64,000 nucleotides of DNA from Candidatus Omnitrophota bacterium (GTDB lineage Bacteria > Omnitrophota > Gorgyraeia > B26-G9 > JBDRCZ01), in contig JBDRCZ010000056.1 of assembly GCA_043821285.1 (NCBI GenBank), positions 792-64,791 of the forward strand, in the 5' to 3' direction. The translations under genes were made by a program, and so were the position numbers. Every line of letters begins with the position of its first letter. The first letter of the stretch is position 1. This document shows, piece after piece, positions 11,440-21,792 of this stretch. Under the pieces are notes generated by a model, which searched no databases, had not been told where the DNA came from, and saw only the letters and a list, made by a program, of their open reading frames with translations.

Positions 11440-11452
11440 TTGTAGAGGAATT

Positions 11453-12352
11453 ATGTCCCAGCCAATAACTGTAACTAATCTTAAAAAAATAAAGCCCTAT
11501 AAAAAGGGTAAAGTAAGAGATATATATGAAGTCGGTGATAATCTTTTAATTGTGGCTACTGACAGAATTTCCGCTTTTGACTGCATTTTACCTACCGGTA
11601 TTCCTTTTAAAGGAAAGGTTTTAACGTTAATTTCAGATTTTTGGTTTAATTTTACAAGCTCGATTGTTAAGAATCACCTAATCAGTACATCGGTTTCAGA
11701 TTTCCCATCTCTGATAAATGAGTATAAGGATATTTTATTCAGCCGTTCAATGCTGGTTGAAAAGACACTCCCCCTGGCGATTGAGTGTGTGGTCAGAGGA
11801 TACCTTGCGGGTTCAGGATGGAAGGAATATAAAGAAAAAGGTGAGATTTGCGGCAATGTGATCCCCATGGGGCTAAAAGAGTCATCTAAACTACCAGAGC
11901 CGATATTCACCCCGGCAACAAAATCGGATGCCGGACACGATATAAATATAACGGAAGATGAAGCAAAAAAGATTATCGGGAATATTTTTGATGAAGTTAA
12001 AAGTATAAGTATCGAGATTTATAATGCCGCTTCGAACTTTGCATCTCAAAAAGGAATAATTATATCGGATACAAAGTTTGAGTTTGGGATAAAAGATGGC
12101 AAACTTCTTTTAATTGATGAAGTATTGACTCCGGACTCGTCACGTTTCTGGCCGCAGGATAAATATGAACCAGGCCGGGCACAGGAGAGTTTTGATAAAC
12201 AGTTTGTCCGGGATTATCTTGAGCATATTGCCTGGAATAAACTTCCCCCTGCGCCACCCCTGCCAGATGATATTGTTAAAAAAACCAGTGAGAAATATAT
12301 TGAGGTTTATAAGAGGATAACTGGCCGAGAATGGAACGATATAAACAGCTGA
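11453..12352 (+). CDS. purC: Phosphoribosylaminoimidazole-succinocarboxamide synthase (SAICAR synthetase)
   Basis: GKVRDIYEV, ATDRISAFD and full-length similarity. Confidence 0.9.
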   Translation: MSQPITVTNLKKIKPYKKGKVRDIYEVGDNLLIVATDRISAFDCILPTGIPFKGKVLTLISDFWFNFTSSIVKNHLISTSVSDFPSLINEYKDILFSRSMLVEKTLPLAIECVVRGYLAGSGWKEYKEKGEICGNVIPMGLKESSKLPEPIFTPATKSDAGHDINITEDEAKKIIGNIFDEVKSISIEIYNAASNFASQKGIIISDTKFEFGIKDGKLLLIDEVLTPDSSRFWPQDKYEPGRAQESFDKQFVRDYLEHIAWNKLPPAPPLPDDIVKKTSEKYIEVYKRITGREWNDINS

Positions 12353-13011
12353 TCATTTTACTATCTTTTATATTTTTGAATGGCTGTGTGTACATAACCT
12401 CTTCAGTTCCGACAAATTTACCTGTTTTGGAACCAATACCACAGGGAATTTATCACACGATTGAAACCGGACAGACATTGTGGCGGATTTCTCAAGCGTA
12501 TAACATACCATTAGCTGAAATTATCCGTGCGAATAACATTACTGACGTTACCCAGATTAAAACCGGGGCAAACATATTTATCCCGGGAAAAGACGAAACG
12601 TTAAAGATTGAACCGTATAAAAGAGAAAAGATGAGGGATAAATTTGAGGCATTTATTTGGCCGGTTAAAGGCCGGATAACTTCGTTTTATGGCCGAAGAG
12701 GACGCCGTCGGCATTATGGGATAGATATTGCCGTACCTATTGGAAAAAATATATCTGCCTCGCGTTCAGGCAAGATTACCCGTGCCGGGCGCTGGGGTAC
12801 ATATGGAAAGATTGTTGAAATTGACCATGGTGATGGCTATACCACACGCTATGCGCATAATTCAAAAATTTTGGTAAAAAGAGGACAATGGATAAAACAA
12901 GGACAGGTGATTGCAAAATCTGGTTCTTCAGGGAAGTCCACCGGGCCGCATTTGCACTATGAGATACGTTATAACAACAAACCGGAGAACCCGGTATATT
13001 TTTTGCCTTAA
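12331..13011 (+). CDS. LysM-domain M23 family peptidase lipoprotein
   Basis: Lipobox LNGC, LysM domain, M23 HxxxD/HLH motifs (GIDIAVP...GPHLHYEI). Confidence 0.8.
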   Translation: MERYKQLIILLSFIFLNGCVYITSSVPTNLPVLEPIPQGIYHTIETGQTLWRISQAYNIPLAEIIRANNITDVTQIKTGANIFIPGKDETLKIEPYKREKMRDKFEAFIWPVKGRITSFYGRRGRRRHYGIDIAVPIGKNISASRSGKITRAGRWGTYGKIVEIDHGDGYTTRYAHNSKILVKRGQWIKQGQVIAKSGSSGKSTGPHLHYEIRYNNKPENPVYFLP

Positions 13012-13227
13012 AAAATCGCACCAGAATTTTCCACGGCTTGCTTCCAAGAATGAATGGCGAAAGATTGGCTGCGGTATATAACGCCTGATCGGCGATTTTT
13101 TAGTGCGAAATTGGATAAAATAAATACGCTTTCGTTCGCCAATGTAAAGAGTCAGATACGCCTTTGGCGTATCCGTGTATGAAGATTTTCCTTTGCTTGC
13201 GAAGGGGGATTTTCATGGAGGGTAATA

Positions 13228-13671
13228 ATGGGGAAGAGTTTTTGTGTAGTTATTCTTGGGTTGATGATATTAGGATTTAATGGTTGTGCGACAACTCGTA
13301 GCAGTGACCGGGAAGAACTGGAAAAAATGCAGAGGCATGTATTCGAGTTAGAGACGGAGCTTAAGAGGCAAAAAGAGAAAAACCAGATGCTGCAAAGAGA
13401 ACTTAGCTGCGATAAAGATCGCACCACAGAAAGTTCTTCCTTGCCCGGCGGTAAATTGACAAAGAATAAAGAAATTTCTAAAGAAGCGGTAAAACAGATC
13501 CAAACCGCACTGCGCAATGCCGGCTATTATACAGGAACGGTAGATGGGATAATCGGTCCGCGGACAAAAAAGGCAATAAAGACTTTCCAGAAAAAACATG
13601 GTTTAATCGCGGATGGCGAAGTCGGTAATAAAACATGGTTTAAGCTTAGCAAGTACCTTTATAAAAAGTAA
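13228..13671 (+). CDS. Lipoprotein with coiled coil and C-terminal peptidoglycan-binding domain
   Basis: Lipobox FNGC. IQTALRNAGYYTGTVDGIIGPRT...DGEVGNKTW. Paralog of 9811-10251. Confidence 0.6.
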   Translation: MGKSFCVVILGLMILGFNGCATTRSSDREELEKMQRHVFELETELKRQKEKNQMLQRELSCDKDRTTESSSLPGGKLTKNKEISKEAVKQIQTALRNAGYYTGTVDGIIGPRTKKAIKTFQKKHGLIADGEVGNKTWFKLSKYLYKK

Positions 13672-13799
13672 CTCAGAGTTTTAATATTAACAAAATATTT
13701 ATATAAAATTAATACCAATGCTGCAGGTGCGGTGTTTACTTTGGTGTTTTTTGAAAATTTTGAAAAAAAACCATTTTTCTTACTGGCCGTGAAAAAATC

Positions 13800-13828
13800 T
13801 TGACAAAACTATTATTTTTTAGTATGTT
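13800..13828 (+). promoter_or_regulatory. Sigma-70-like promoter (TTGACA-N17-TATGTT)
   Basis: Consensus -35 with 17-bp spacer, about 80 bp upstream of the 13909 start. Confidence 0.4.
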
Positions 13829-13908
13829 AGTACCACTGTACAGAATTACCGTTTAGACCTATTATTATTGCTAAAAAATAATCGTTAATATTTTAGAGGA
13901 GAAATATT

Positions 13909-14976
13909 ATGGCAAAAAAAAAGCCTGCCTCTTCAGGAAAAACCGAAATAGTTAAAAAAGCAACAGCTGTCTTCAAGAAAAAAGATAAAATTCAGTCACC
14001 AGAAATAAAAAAACAACCGCAGAAAATTATCCCGCAAATAAAGAAAATCAGAAAATTCAGTTATCCTTTCAGTAAAAATGATTCTTCAACACAGATACAG
14101 GAGAGTAAATTTTATACGGGTGTTCAGCCAGCAGCGGCTGAGGCCGTTGACACCGAAACACCGCCTTATGAGTTAAATGAAGTGCCTGCGGGATACGGCG
14201 ATAATCTTATCGTTTTGCAAGTCCGTGACCCTTACTGGGCGCATGCTTACTGGGAAATAAGTCAGGAAAAAAGAACCGAGATAGAAAAAAAATATTTTTT
14301 GTCGCTGGATTTAGCCAGATGTGCTTTAAGAGTCTATGATGTAACCGGGGTAAGATTTAACGGTACGAATGCGAATTTTTATTTTGATGTTGAAATAAAC
14401 AATGTTGCCGATAACTGGTATATAAATTTAAATAAACCCGGACACAGTTTTTGCGTTGATTTAGGTATTTTTACTGCCAGTGGTGATTTTGTGGTGATTG
14501 CCCGTTCGAATGTAATAAATACTCCGCTGGATGGTCCAAGTAATATTGTTGATGAAGAATGGATGGTAGTGGAAGAAGATTTTAATAAATTGTATGGTAT
14601 GGCCCAGGGGATAGGGATGGGTTTAAGTTCCGCAGAACTTAGAGAGCTGGTTAAGGAAAGAATGAAATTAGAAATATCTTCTGGGGCAGTATCTTCTGGG
14701 GCAGTATCTTCCGGCGGTATTAGTGGTCTTAAAAGAAAACGTAAATTTAGACTCATCGCGGATACCGAGCTTATTGTTTACGGAGCGACGGAACCGGATG
14801 CAAAGTTGACCGTGCAAGATAAACCGATAAAATTAAATCCTGATGGAACCTTTAGTCTGCGGTTTGCCCTTCCTGATGGAAAACAAATAATACCAATAAA
14901 AGCCGCCTCTTCTGACGGCCTTGAGGAACGTGAGATTGTGTTTACGGTTGAAAGAAATAAAAAAGAATTAAGATAA
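13909..14976 (+). CDS. DUF4912-like protein (commonly found next to GH57 glucan enzymes)
   Basis: LVLQVRDPYWAHAYWEIS-type motif. Contains a 15-nt tandem repeat encoding SSGAV-SSGAV. Lies upstream of the GH57 gene. Confidence 0.5.
   Translation: MAKKKPASSGKTEIVKKATAVFKKKDKIQSPEIKKQPQKIIPQIKKIRKFSYPFSKNDSSTQIQESKFYTGVQPAAAEAVDTETPPYELNEVPAGYGDNLIVLQVRDPYWAHAYWEISQEKRTEIEKKYFLSLDLARCALRVYDVTGVRFNGTNANFYFDVEINNVADNWYINLNKPGHSFCVDLGIFTASGDFVVIARSNVINTPLDGPSNIVDEEWMVVEEDFNKLYGMAQGIGMGLSSAELRELVKERMKLEISSGAVSSGAVSSGGISGLKRKRKFRLIADTELIVYGATEPDAKLTVQDKPIKLNPDGTFSLRFALPDGKQIIPIKAASSDGLEEREIVFTVERNKKELR
14677..14718 (+). repeat. 15-bp tandem repeat (tcttctggggcagta x about 2.7) inside a CDS
   Basis: Direct repeat visible in the sequence. 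Encodes the SSGAVSSGAVSSGG stretch. Confidence 0.8.
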
Positions 14977-15000
14977 CCTGTAGTTTACTACAGGTTATCT
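14971..15000. terminator. 13-bp perfect inverted repeat hairpin (AGATAACCTGTAG-ttta-CTACAGGTTATCT) overlapping the stop codon
   Basis: Visible in the sequence. Weak U-tract. Confidence 0.45.
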
Positions 15001-15052
15001 TAATGAACGGAAAATGCAGGTATTTTCCGGGTTGTTAGACTGATTGTTTTTT

Positions 15053-15402
15053 AGCCACGGATAAAACACGGATTTTTAATAAGTAAATTGCTTAAATTCT
15101 ACTGCTCGCCTTCCAAAATTTATTCCTTAGCCTCAGTGGGGATTTTTGTTATTGCTAACACCCACTAAAAATTTACATTAGAAATATTAAATAGTGGTAA
15201 CTTAATGGTTAAAAAAAATAAATGTTTCAAAAAGATATATGCAAGTTTCGGGATATCTCGATAACGAGTCTAAAACCTATATGGGTTTAGATAATAAATC
15301 CTTCGGGCAAATTTTGCATTAGACAAAATTTGGGTTTAATTGATGTTGTATTTACGCCTCATCTTTTTTTCTCCGTGTTCAATCCGTGAAAATCTGTGGC
15401 TT
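15053..15402. mobile_element. MITE-like element (about 350 bp) bounded by family-D inverted termini AGCCACGGATAAAACACGGAT ... ATCCGTGAAAATCTGTGGCT
   Basis: The termini are inverted repeats of each other and match the termini of the 42690-42770 and 60083-60178 elements. Confidence 0.45.
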
Positions 15403-15631
15403 TATATCTTTTATTTGGCGGCTGTAAGGAATTTTTTTATTTTTTGCGCCGCAAAAAATAATTTGGGTTGAATTTATGTATATCTTATGCTATATTAACA
15501 CAATATGTATAATAACCCTCATCTCCATAAAAAGTCTATGCCAGAGCCTGTACCTTTGGGGTACAAAGGGTAACAGGTATCCGGGGTTATGGAGGTACCA
15601 CAGAATCACTGTGGAAAGACGTAAGAGGTAA

Positions 15632-17221
15632 ATGATGAGTGAAAAAGGTTATTTAAGTATTGTTCTTCATGGACATTTGCCGTTTGTGCGCCATCCGGAG
15701 CATGAAGATTTTTTGGAAGAGAACTGGTTGTATGAAGCAATCACCGAGACTTATATTCCTTTGATTGATATTTTTGAGTCGTTAGTTAAAGACAATGTTG
15801 ATTTTCGCATAACCCTGGGACTTACCCCGCCGCTTTTATCCATGCTTACGGATAGTCTCCTGCAGGATAGATATCTTCGCTACTTGGATCGTTTAGTTGA
15901 ACTTGCCAGCCGGGAAGCAGAACGTACACAGTGGCAGCCGGAGTATCATCAACTTGCCTTGCACTACTTGAGTAAAATTAATCATGTGCGCTATCTGTTT
16001 AAAGAAAAATACGAAAAGAATATTATAACGGCATTTAAAAAATTAGCTGTTCTGGGTAAGGTTGAAATAATTACTTCTGCGGCAACACATGGGTATATGC
16101 CACTGATGGATGTTTGTATGGAATCAATACGTGCTCAGATTCGTGCCGGCGTGGTTCAGTATCAAAGAATATTCGGCTGGAAGCCTAAAGGTATCTGGCT
16201 GCCGGAATGTGGATATACGCCGCAGATAGATAATATTCTTAGAGAAAATGGCTTGCGTTATTTTTTTGTTGATGCGCATGGAGTATTACATGGTATTCCG
16301 CGTCCTAAATATGGTGTTTTTGCCCCGGTATATTGCCGCTCGGGGGTGGCGGCTTTTGGACGGGACATGGAGTCATCTAAACAGGTATGGAGCGCAGTTG
16401 AAGGATATCCGGGTGACTATGTATATAGAGAATTTTACCGTGATATTGGTTTTGATTTGGATTTTGAATATATTAAACCCTATATCCATAAAGATGGAAT
16501 AAGGATAAATACCGGGATAAAATATTATCGGATTACTGGCCGGGGAATTGAACATAAAGAGCCGTATGACCCGCACGTGGCCAGAGATCGGGCAGCAGAA
16601 CATGCTGGTAATTTTATGTTCAATCGTGAAAAACAGGTAGAATATCTTTATGACCTAATGAAGAAAAAACCAATTATTGTTTCTCCATATGATGCGGAAC
16701 TTTTTGGACACTGGTGGTATGAAGGCCCGCAGTGGCTCAATTTTCTGTTTCGGAAAATACACCATGACCAGAATATAATTAAAACGATTACGCCATCGGA
16801 ATATCTGGAAAAATTTCCCCGTAATCAGGTCATTACCCCTTCGGTATCAAGCTGGGGATGGAAGGGTTACAGCGAGGTTTGGCTTGAAGGTTCTAATGAT
16901 TGGATATATAGGCACCTACATAAGGCGTCATGGAGAATGACCGAGCTGGTACATGCCTACCCCAATGCCTCTAATTTGTTGAGACGTGCCCTAAATCAGG
17001 CCTTAAGAGAGTTATTACTTGCCCAAAGTTCTGACTGGGCATTTATTATGAAAACGCAGACTCATGTGCCGTATGCGGTGAAACGTACAAAGGACCATAT
17101 TTTACAGTTTACAAAATTATATCATCAGATTAAGCATAACGCGGTTAATGAAGACTGGCTTTCAACTATTGAATATACCGATAATATTTTCCCAAATATT
17201 GACTACCGGATACATAAGTAA
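15632..17221 (+). CDS. Glycoside hydrolase family 57 (1,4-alpha-glucan branching enzyme-like)
   Basis: LSIVLHGHLPFVRHPE, WLPECGY and full-length GH57 pattern. Confidence 0.85.
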   Translation: MMSEKGYLSIVLHGHLPFVRHPEHEDFLEENWLYEAITETYIPLIDIFESLVKDNVDFRITLGLTPPLLSMLTDSLLQDRYLRYLDRLVELASREAERTQWQPEYHQLALHYLSKINHVRYLFKEKYEKNIITAFKKLAVLGKVEIITSAATHGYMPLMDVCMESIRAQIRAGVVQYQRIFGWKPKGIWLPECGYTPQIDNILRENGLRYFFVDAHGVLHGIPRPKYGVFAPVYCRSGVAAFGRDMESSKQVWSAVEGYPGDYVYREFYRDIGFDLDFEYIKPYIHKDGIRINTGIKYYRITGRGIEHKEPYDPHVARDRAAEHAGNFMFNREKQVEYLYDLMKKKPIIVSPYDAELFGHWWYEGPQWLNFLFRKIHHDQNIIKTITPSEYLEKFPRNQVITPSVSSWGWKGYSEVWLEGSNDWIYRHLHKASWRMTELVHAYPNASNLLRRALNQALRELLLAQSSDWAFIMKTQTHVPYAVKRTKDHILQFTKLYHQIKHNAVNEDWLSTIEYTDNIFPNIDYRIHK

Positions 17222-17323
17222 ATGCAAAAATCAAATATCAAAAATCAAAATGGGAAATTTTCTTTTAGTCTCCATTTTTTTTAAAAAATGGAGAGGATAA
17301 ATTAATGCCGAAGGCAGTAATTT

Positions 17324-18037
17324 ATGTTAGACAAAAACAATATCCCCGCACATATTGCGATTATCATGGATGGCAATGGCCGCTGGGCGCATAAAAGGCA
17401 TCTTACGCGGCTTAAAGGACATGAAGCCGGAGTAGCTACGGTAAAAAAAATAGTGCGTGAAGCCGGAGATTTAGGGGTTAAGATATTAACCCTTTATACA
17501 TTTTCACAAGAAAACTGGAAACGTTCACGAAATGAAGTATTTGGCTTAATGAGTATTTTAAAGATTTATCTAAAAAAAGATATAAATCTGCTAAGGGAAA
17601 ATAAGGTTAAATTGAATGTTATCGGCGACTTAAACGGTTTCCCGAAACCGATACAGCAGGTATTAAAATGGGCGATAGATGAAACAAGGCAGGGGACGGG
17701 ACTGTTGCTTAACCTGGCTTTGAATTATGGTGCACGTCTTGAAATTGTTCATGCGATAAAAAAAATCGCGAAAAAAGTTCGAAATAATGAAATGAGATTA
17801 TCGGAGATAAATGAGCAAGTTATCTCGGATAATTTGTATACGGCCGGTTTACCGGATCCGGATTTATTAATCAGGACAAGCGGAGAATTACGGCTGAGTA
17901 ATTTTCTGCTCTGGCAGTGTTCGTATACAGAATTTTATTTTTCCAAAAGATTATGGCCGGAGTTTACCACCGATGATTTTCATGATGCAATATTTTCTTA
18001 TCAAAACCGCCATCGACGCTATGGGGGAAGAGAATGA
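17324..18037 (+). CDS. uppS: Undecaprenyl-diphosphate synthase
   Basis: HIAIIMDGNGRWA and cis-prenyltransferase motifs. Confidence 0.9.
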   Translation: MLDKNNIPAHIAIIMDGNGRWAHKRHLTRLKGHEAGVATVKKIVREAGDLGVKILTLYTFSQENWKRSRNEVFGLMSILKIYLKKDINLLRENKVKLNVIGDLNGFPKPIQQVLKWAIDETRQGTGLLLNLALNYGARLEIVHAIKKIAKKVRNNEMRLSEINEQVISDNLYTAGLPDPDLLIRTSGELRLSNFLLWQCSYTEFYFSKRLWPEFTTDDFHDAIFSYQNRHRRYGGRE

Positions 18038-18852
18038 ATGATGTAATGCTTGGCCGGAGATTTTTTAGTTCGATAGTCTTGACCTTTGTGGTGATCCTGG
18101 CAGTTTTCTTTTTGCCGGGATGGTTTTTTAGTTTGATTGTTACGCTTTTGATTGCCTTTGGATTGCATGAATTTTATACGTTAATTGAAAAAAAAGGCCT
18201 ATTGATTTATAAATATTTTGGTATTTTTATTGGCGTGTTGCTGCCGATAACTATTTTTCTTAGATTTGAACCGACGAAAGGCTGGGAATTATTTTTTATT
18301 ACTTTTGTAACGTTCATGCTCTTTATCGCCCAATTTGCCCGGCGGGACAGTTCGCAGGCAATTGTCGGGATATCCACGACAATGTTTGGCATATTTTATG
18401 TAAGCTGGTTTTTTAGTTTCTTGATAAAAATAAAATATTTGCCTTACGGGGGCGCGCTGGTTAGTTTTTTGCTGCTAGTTACAAAATCCGGTGATATTGG
18501 GGCGTATTTTATCGGCACAAAATTCGGCCGGCATTCTTTAATTCCGAGAATTAGTCCTTCAAAGTCAATCGAAGGTACGATTGGTGGACTGCTCTGCAGT
18601 GTTTTTGCGGCAGCGGTAAGCGGTATATATTTAAATCAAGTACCGTTTGTGCATCTGATGACGATGGGCTTAGGGTTAGGGATAATTGGCCAGATTGGTG
18701 ATCTTTGTGAGTCATTGATTAAACGAGACTGCAATGTAAAAGATTCCGGTACATCCCTGCCTGGCATGGGCGGAGTTTTGGATTTAATTGATAGTCTTTT
18801 ATTTTCTACGCCAATTTTTTATTTTTATATCAGTCACTTTAACCTCTCATGA
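18034..18852 (+). CDS. cdsA: Phosphatidate cytidylyltransferase
   Basis: Multi-TM protein. CdsA signature SxxKRxxGxKDxGxxxPGHGGxxDR-like (KSIEGTIGG...PGMGGVLD). Confidence 0.85.
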   Translation: MNDVMLGRRFFSSIVLTFVVILAVFFLPGWFFSLIVTLLIAFGLHEFYTLIEKKGLLIYKYFGIFIGVLLPITIFLRFEPTKGWELFFITFVTFMLFIAQFARRDSSQAIVGISTTMFGIFYVSWFFSFLIKIKYLPYGGALVSFLLLVTKSGDIGAYFIGTKFGRHSLIPRISPSKSIEGTIGGLLCSVFAAAVSGIYLNQVPFVHLMTMGLGLGIIGQIGDLCESLIKRDCNVKDSGTSLPGMGGVLDLIDSLLFSTPIFYFYISHFNLS

Positions 18853-18876
18853 ATTAATACCGAAAACAATAATTTA

Positions 18877-20043
18877 ATGAAAAATATATCAATTTTAGGC
18901 TCTACCGGTTCAATTGGCGTAAATGCCCTGCGGATTGTCGATTTATATAGAGATAAATTTAACATTGTTGCTCTGAGTGCCTGTACTAATGTTGAGCTTT
19001 TGTCTGAACAGATTAAAAAATATCATCCGCAAATTGTCGCGGTGCGGGATGAAGAGATTGTAAAGAAATTACGCCGGAGAATAAGAGCCAAAAATGTTAA
19101 AATATTATCCGGTATTGAAGGGTTAATTGCGGTTGCTTGCATTAAAAGTTCAGATTTAGTCGTTATTGCCACTGCCGGAAGTTTGAGTTTATTTGCCGTA
19201 CTTGAAGCAATCAAAAGAAAAAAGACGATTGCCTTGGCAAATAAAGAGCCCCTGGTTATGGCCGGTGAAATTATTGTCGGCCTGGCAAAAAAAAACAAAG
19301 TTAAAATCATCCCGATTGATAGTGAACATTCGGCAATATTTCAATGTTTGTCCTTACAACGGACGAATGAATTAAAAAAGATTTATCTAACTGCTTCTGG
19401 AGGTCCGTTCTATAAATTGCCGCAAAAATGTTTTAGGAATATTAGGTTAAAACATGCCCTGCAGCATCCCCGCTGGAAGATGGGGAAAAAAGTCACGATT
19501 GATTCAGCAACAATGATGAATAAGGGGCTGGAAATAATTGAGGCAAAGTGGTTGTTTAACGTTTCCATAGATAACATCGAAATATTAATTCATCCGGAGG
19601 CAATCATTCATTCTATGGTCGAATTTGTCGATGGCTCGATTATTGCCCAACTGGGTATTACGGATATGCGCCTGCCGATACAATATGCTTTGACTTATCC
19701 GAATAGGTTGCCTTCGAGGTTAGATCATGTTGATTTTACCAAGACTAAAAGGCTTTCCTTTGACCGGGCGGATGTGTGTAAGTTTCCCTGCCTTAAAATA
19801 GCTATCCGTGTTGCTTATGAGTTAGGGATAATGCCGGCCGTGTTAAATGCAGCCAATGAAGTTCTCGTCGAGCTGTTTCTTAAAGAAAAAATAAGATTTA
19901 CCCAGATACCGTTATATTTAAATAAAGTGCTTAAAAAATTTAAGAATGTAAAAAATCCTGATTTAGATCAGATATTATCCGCAGACCAAATGGCGCGAAG
20001 AGAGACAGAAAACCTTGTCCACTTCGGGAGTGGACGAGGTTAA
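18877..20043 (+). CDS. dxr: 1-deoxy-D-xylulose-5-phosphate reductoisomerase
   Basis: ILGSTGSIG NADPH motif and full-length similarity. Confidence 0.9.
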   Translation: MKNISILGSTGSIGVNALRIVDLYRDKFNIVALSACTNVELLSEQIKKYHPQIVAVRDEEIVKKLRRRIRAKNVKILSGIEGLIAVACIKSSDLVVIATAGSLSLFAVLEAIKRKKTIALANKEPLVMAGEIIVGLAKKNKVKIIPIDSEHSAIFQCLSLQRTNELKKIYLTASGGPFYKLPQKCFRNIRLKHALQHPRWKMGKKVTIDSATMMNKGLEIIEAKWLFNVSIDNIEILIHPEAIIHSMVEFVDGSIIAQLGITDMRLPIQYALTYPNRLPSRLDHVDFTKTKRLSFDRADVCKFPCLKIAIRVAYELGIMPAVLNAANEVLVELFLKEKIRFTQIPLYLNKVLKKFKNVKNPDLDQILSADQMARRETENLVHFGSGRG

Positions 20044-20145
20044 GGTTATGTACGCAAAGCCGCAAAGTAGTAAAGAACGAGAAATATAAAAGAATTTTGT
20101 ATTATGTAAATTCTGTCAAAAACATTGAAGGACAGATATTAAATT

Positions 20146-21591
20146 ATGCGAATATTTAGGAAAGTATTTTTAACCAGCTCTATTCTGTTAAATATTGCGG
20201 TTTTTTCTTTAGGAATGTCGCCGGAATTTTTCGAAAATTTGACCGGGATTGTGACCTTTATTTTTGTTTTGAGTATTCTTGTCCTCGTGCATGAAGCCGG
20301 GCATTTTTTTATTGCTAAAAAAGCAGGGATAAAGGTAGAGGTCTTTTCTTTAGGATTTGGCCGGAAGATTTTGAAACGGAAAATTGGCGATACCGAGTAT
20401 TGCCTTTCCAGTCTGCCGCTCGGCGGTTATGTAAAAATGGCCGGGGATGAACCGCAGGAAGAACGCGAAGGAACCCCCTGGGAATATTTATCTCAACCAC
20501 CGGGAAAAAGGGCGTTGGTGGTGTTTGCCGGACCATTGATGAATTATATTTTTGCCTTTTTTGTATTTGCCCTGGTGCTTTTTATCGGCAAACCAGAGTC
20601 ATCTACAAAAATTGGCCCGCCAGAGGAGGGTAAACCGGCCCAACTATCAAATCTTTTAATCGGAGATGAGATAATTGCGATAAATAAAATAAATGTACGT
20701 TCGTGGTATGAAATGGTCGAAACAATACGCAATAATAAAAATCCCAGAAAACAGCTTACAATTAAAAGAGGGACGCAGATATTTGATGTGGTAGTTCAGG
20801 CAAACATGGAAGAGAAAAAGGATATTTTAGGCCGGGATATTTATGTGCCGGTCATTGGTGTTGTGCCTTATTTTTCCCGGACCGTAGAAGGATTCACAAA
20901 AGATTCTCCGGCAAAAGATATCGGCTTACAAGTAGGCGATGAAATTGTTTCGGTTGAGGGAGAGGATGTTTTAGATGGGTTGACAATATTGGATCTAATT
21001 TCCCAAAAACAGGACAAGATAAAATTAAGCGTGCTCAGAGATGGTAAAAAGATTGATTTCCAGGTTGTGCCGGATATTATAACGGTTAAAGAAAATGATG
21101 AAAAATTAGCTGATCTTGGAATAATATTTTCACAGGATATCGTTATATTAAAATATGGCATCTGGGGAGCGTTTTCTCATGCCGGGGGTGAAATTTTTAA
21201 ATTAACCCGGCTTACTTATACTGCTTTTGGCCGGTTATTTACCGGTAAGATGTCGCTTAGAAAAGCCGGGACAGGGCCGGTAGGCATTGCGTTTATTTCT
21301 ATTCAAATTGCCGCAAAAGGAATAATTTATGTATTGCTCTTACTGGCATCATTAAGTGTTAGTCTGGCAATTGTTAACCTTCTTCCATTCCCGGTGCTTG
21401 ACGGCGGTCATATCTTATTTTTACTTATTGAAAAAATCAGAGGTAAGGCACTCTCTTTACAAGTGCAGGAAAATATAAATAAAATAGCAGTTGCGCTGTT
21501 GATCTTGCTTTTTTTGTACATTACATGGTCAGATCTTGAAAAATTTAAGATTATTGATAATATAATAAAAAAATTTCCTTTACATAAATGA
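20146..21591 (+). CDS. rseP: RIP metalloprotease RseP (site-2 protease, M50, PDZ domains)
   Basis: HEAGHF zinc motif, PDZ regions, C-terminal LDGG motif. Confidence 0.9.
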   Translation: MRIFRKVFLTSSILLNIAVFSLGMSPEFFENLTGIVTFIFVLSILVLVHEAGHFFIAKKAGIKVEVFSLGFGRKILKRKIGDTEYCLSSLPLGGYVKMAGDEPQEEREGTPWEYLSQPPGKRALVVFAGPLMNYIFAFFVFALVLFIGKPESSTKIGPPEEGKPAQLSNLLIGDEIIAINKINVRSWYEMVETIRNNKNPRKQLTIKRGTQIFDVVVQANMEEKKDILGRDIYVPVIGVVPYFSRTVEGFTKDSPAKDIGLQVGDEIVSVEGEDVLDGLTILDLISQKQDKIKLSVLRDGKKIDFQVVPDIITVKENDEKLADLGIIFSQDIVILKYGIWGAFSHAGGEIFKLTRLTYTAFGRLFTGKMSLRKAGTGPVGIAFISIQIAAKGIIYVLLLLASLSVSLAIVNLLPFPVLDGGHILFLLIEKIRGKALSLQVQENINKIAVALLILLFLYITWSDLEKFKIIDNIIKKFPLHK

Positions 21592-21792
21592 TTGATTGCT
21601 CTATCAAGATTATAGGATATTACAGCCGGGTAATCAGACTTTGCAGTATCGGAAATTTTTTTATCTGCTTGAAAACTGTCGTGTTCAAGCTTTCCCTTTT
21701 GAGATTAGAACATTTAATATTAGAAATTATTTAGGATTTAGTGCTTCGAATTTGGAATTTCAAGGCTTTGCTTGCAATCTCTGATTGCATAT

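Noticed and set aside
15530-15631. Riboswitch call for the structured leader upstream of the GH57 gene
   Set aside because: Hairpins are visible (GTACCTTTGGGGTACAAAGGGTAAC, CACAGAATCACTGTG) but I cannot match them to any known riboswitch consensus from memory. Left as an unclassified leader structure.
21596-21784. 62-aa ORF between rseP and ispG
   Set aside because: It is an intergenic region carrying hairpins and a promoter-like motif. The translation is low complexity and there is no RBS.
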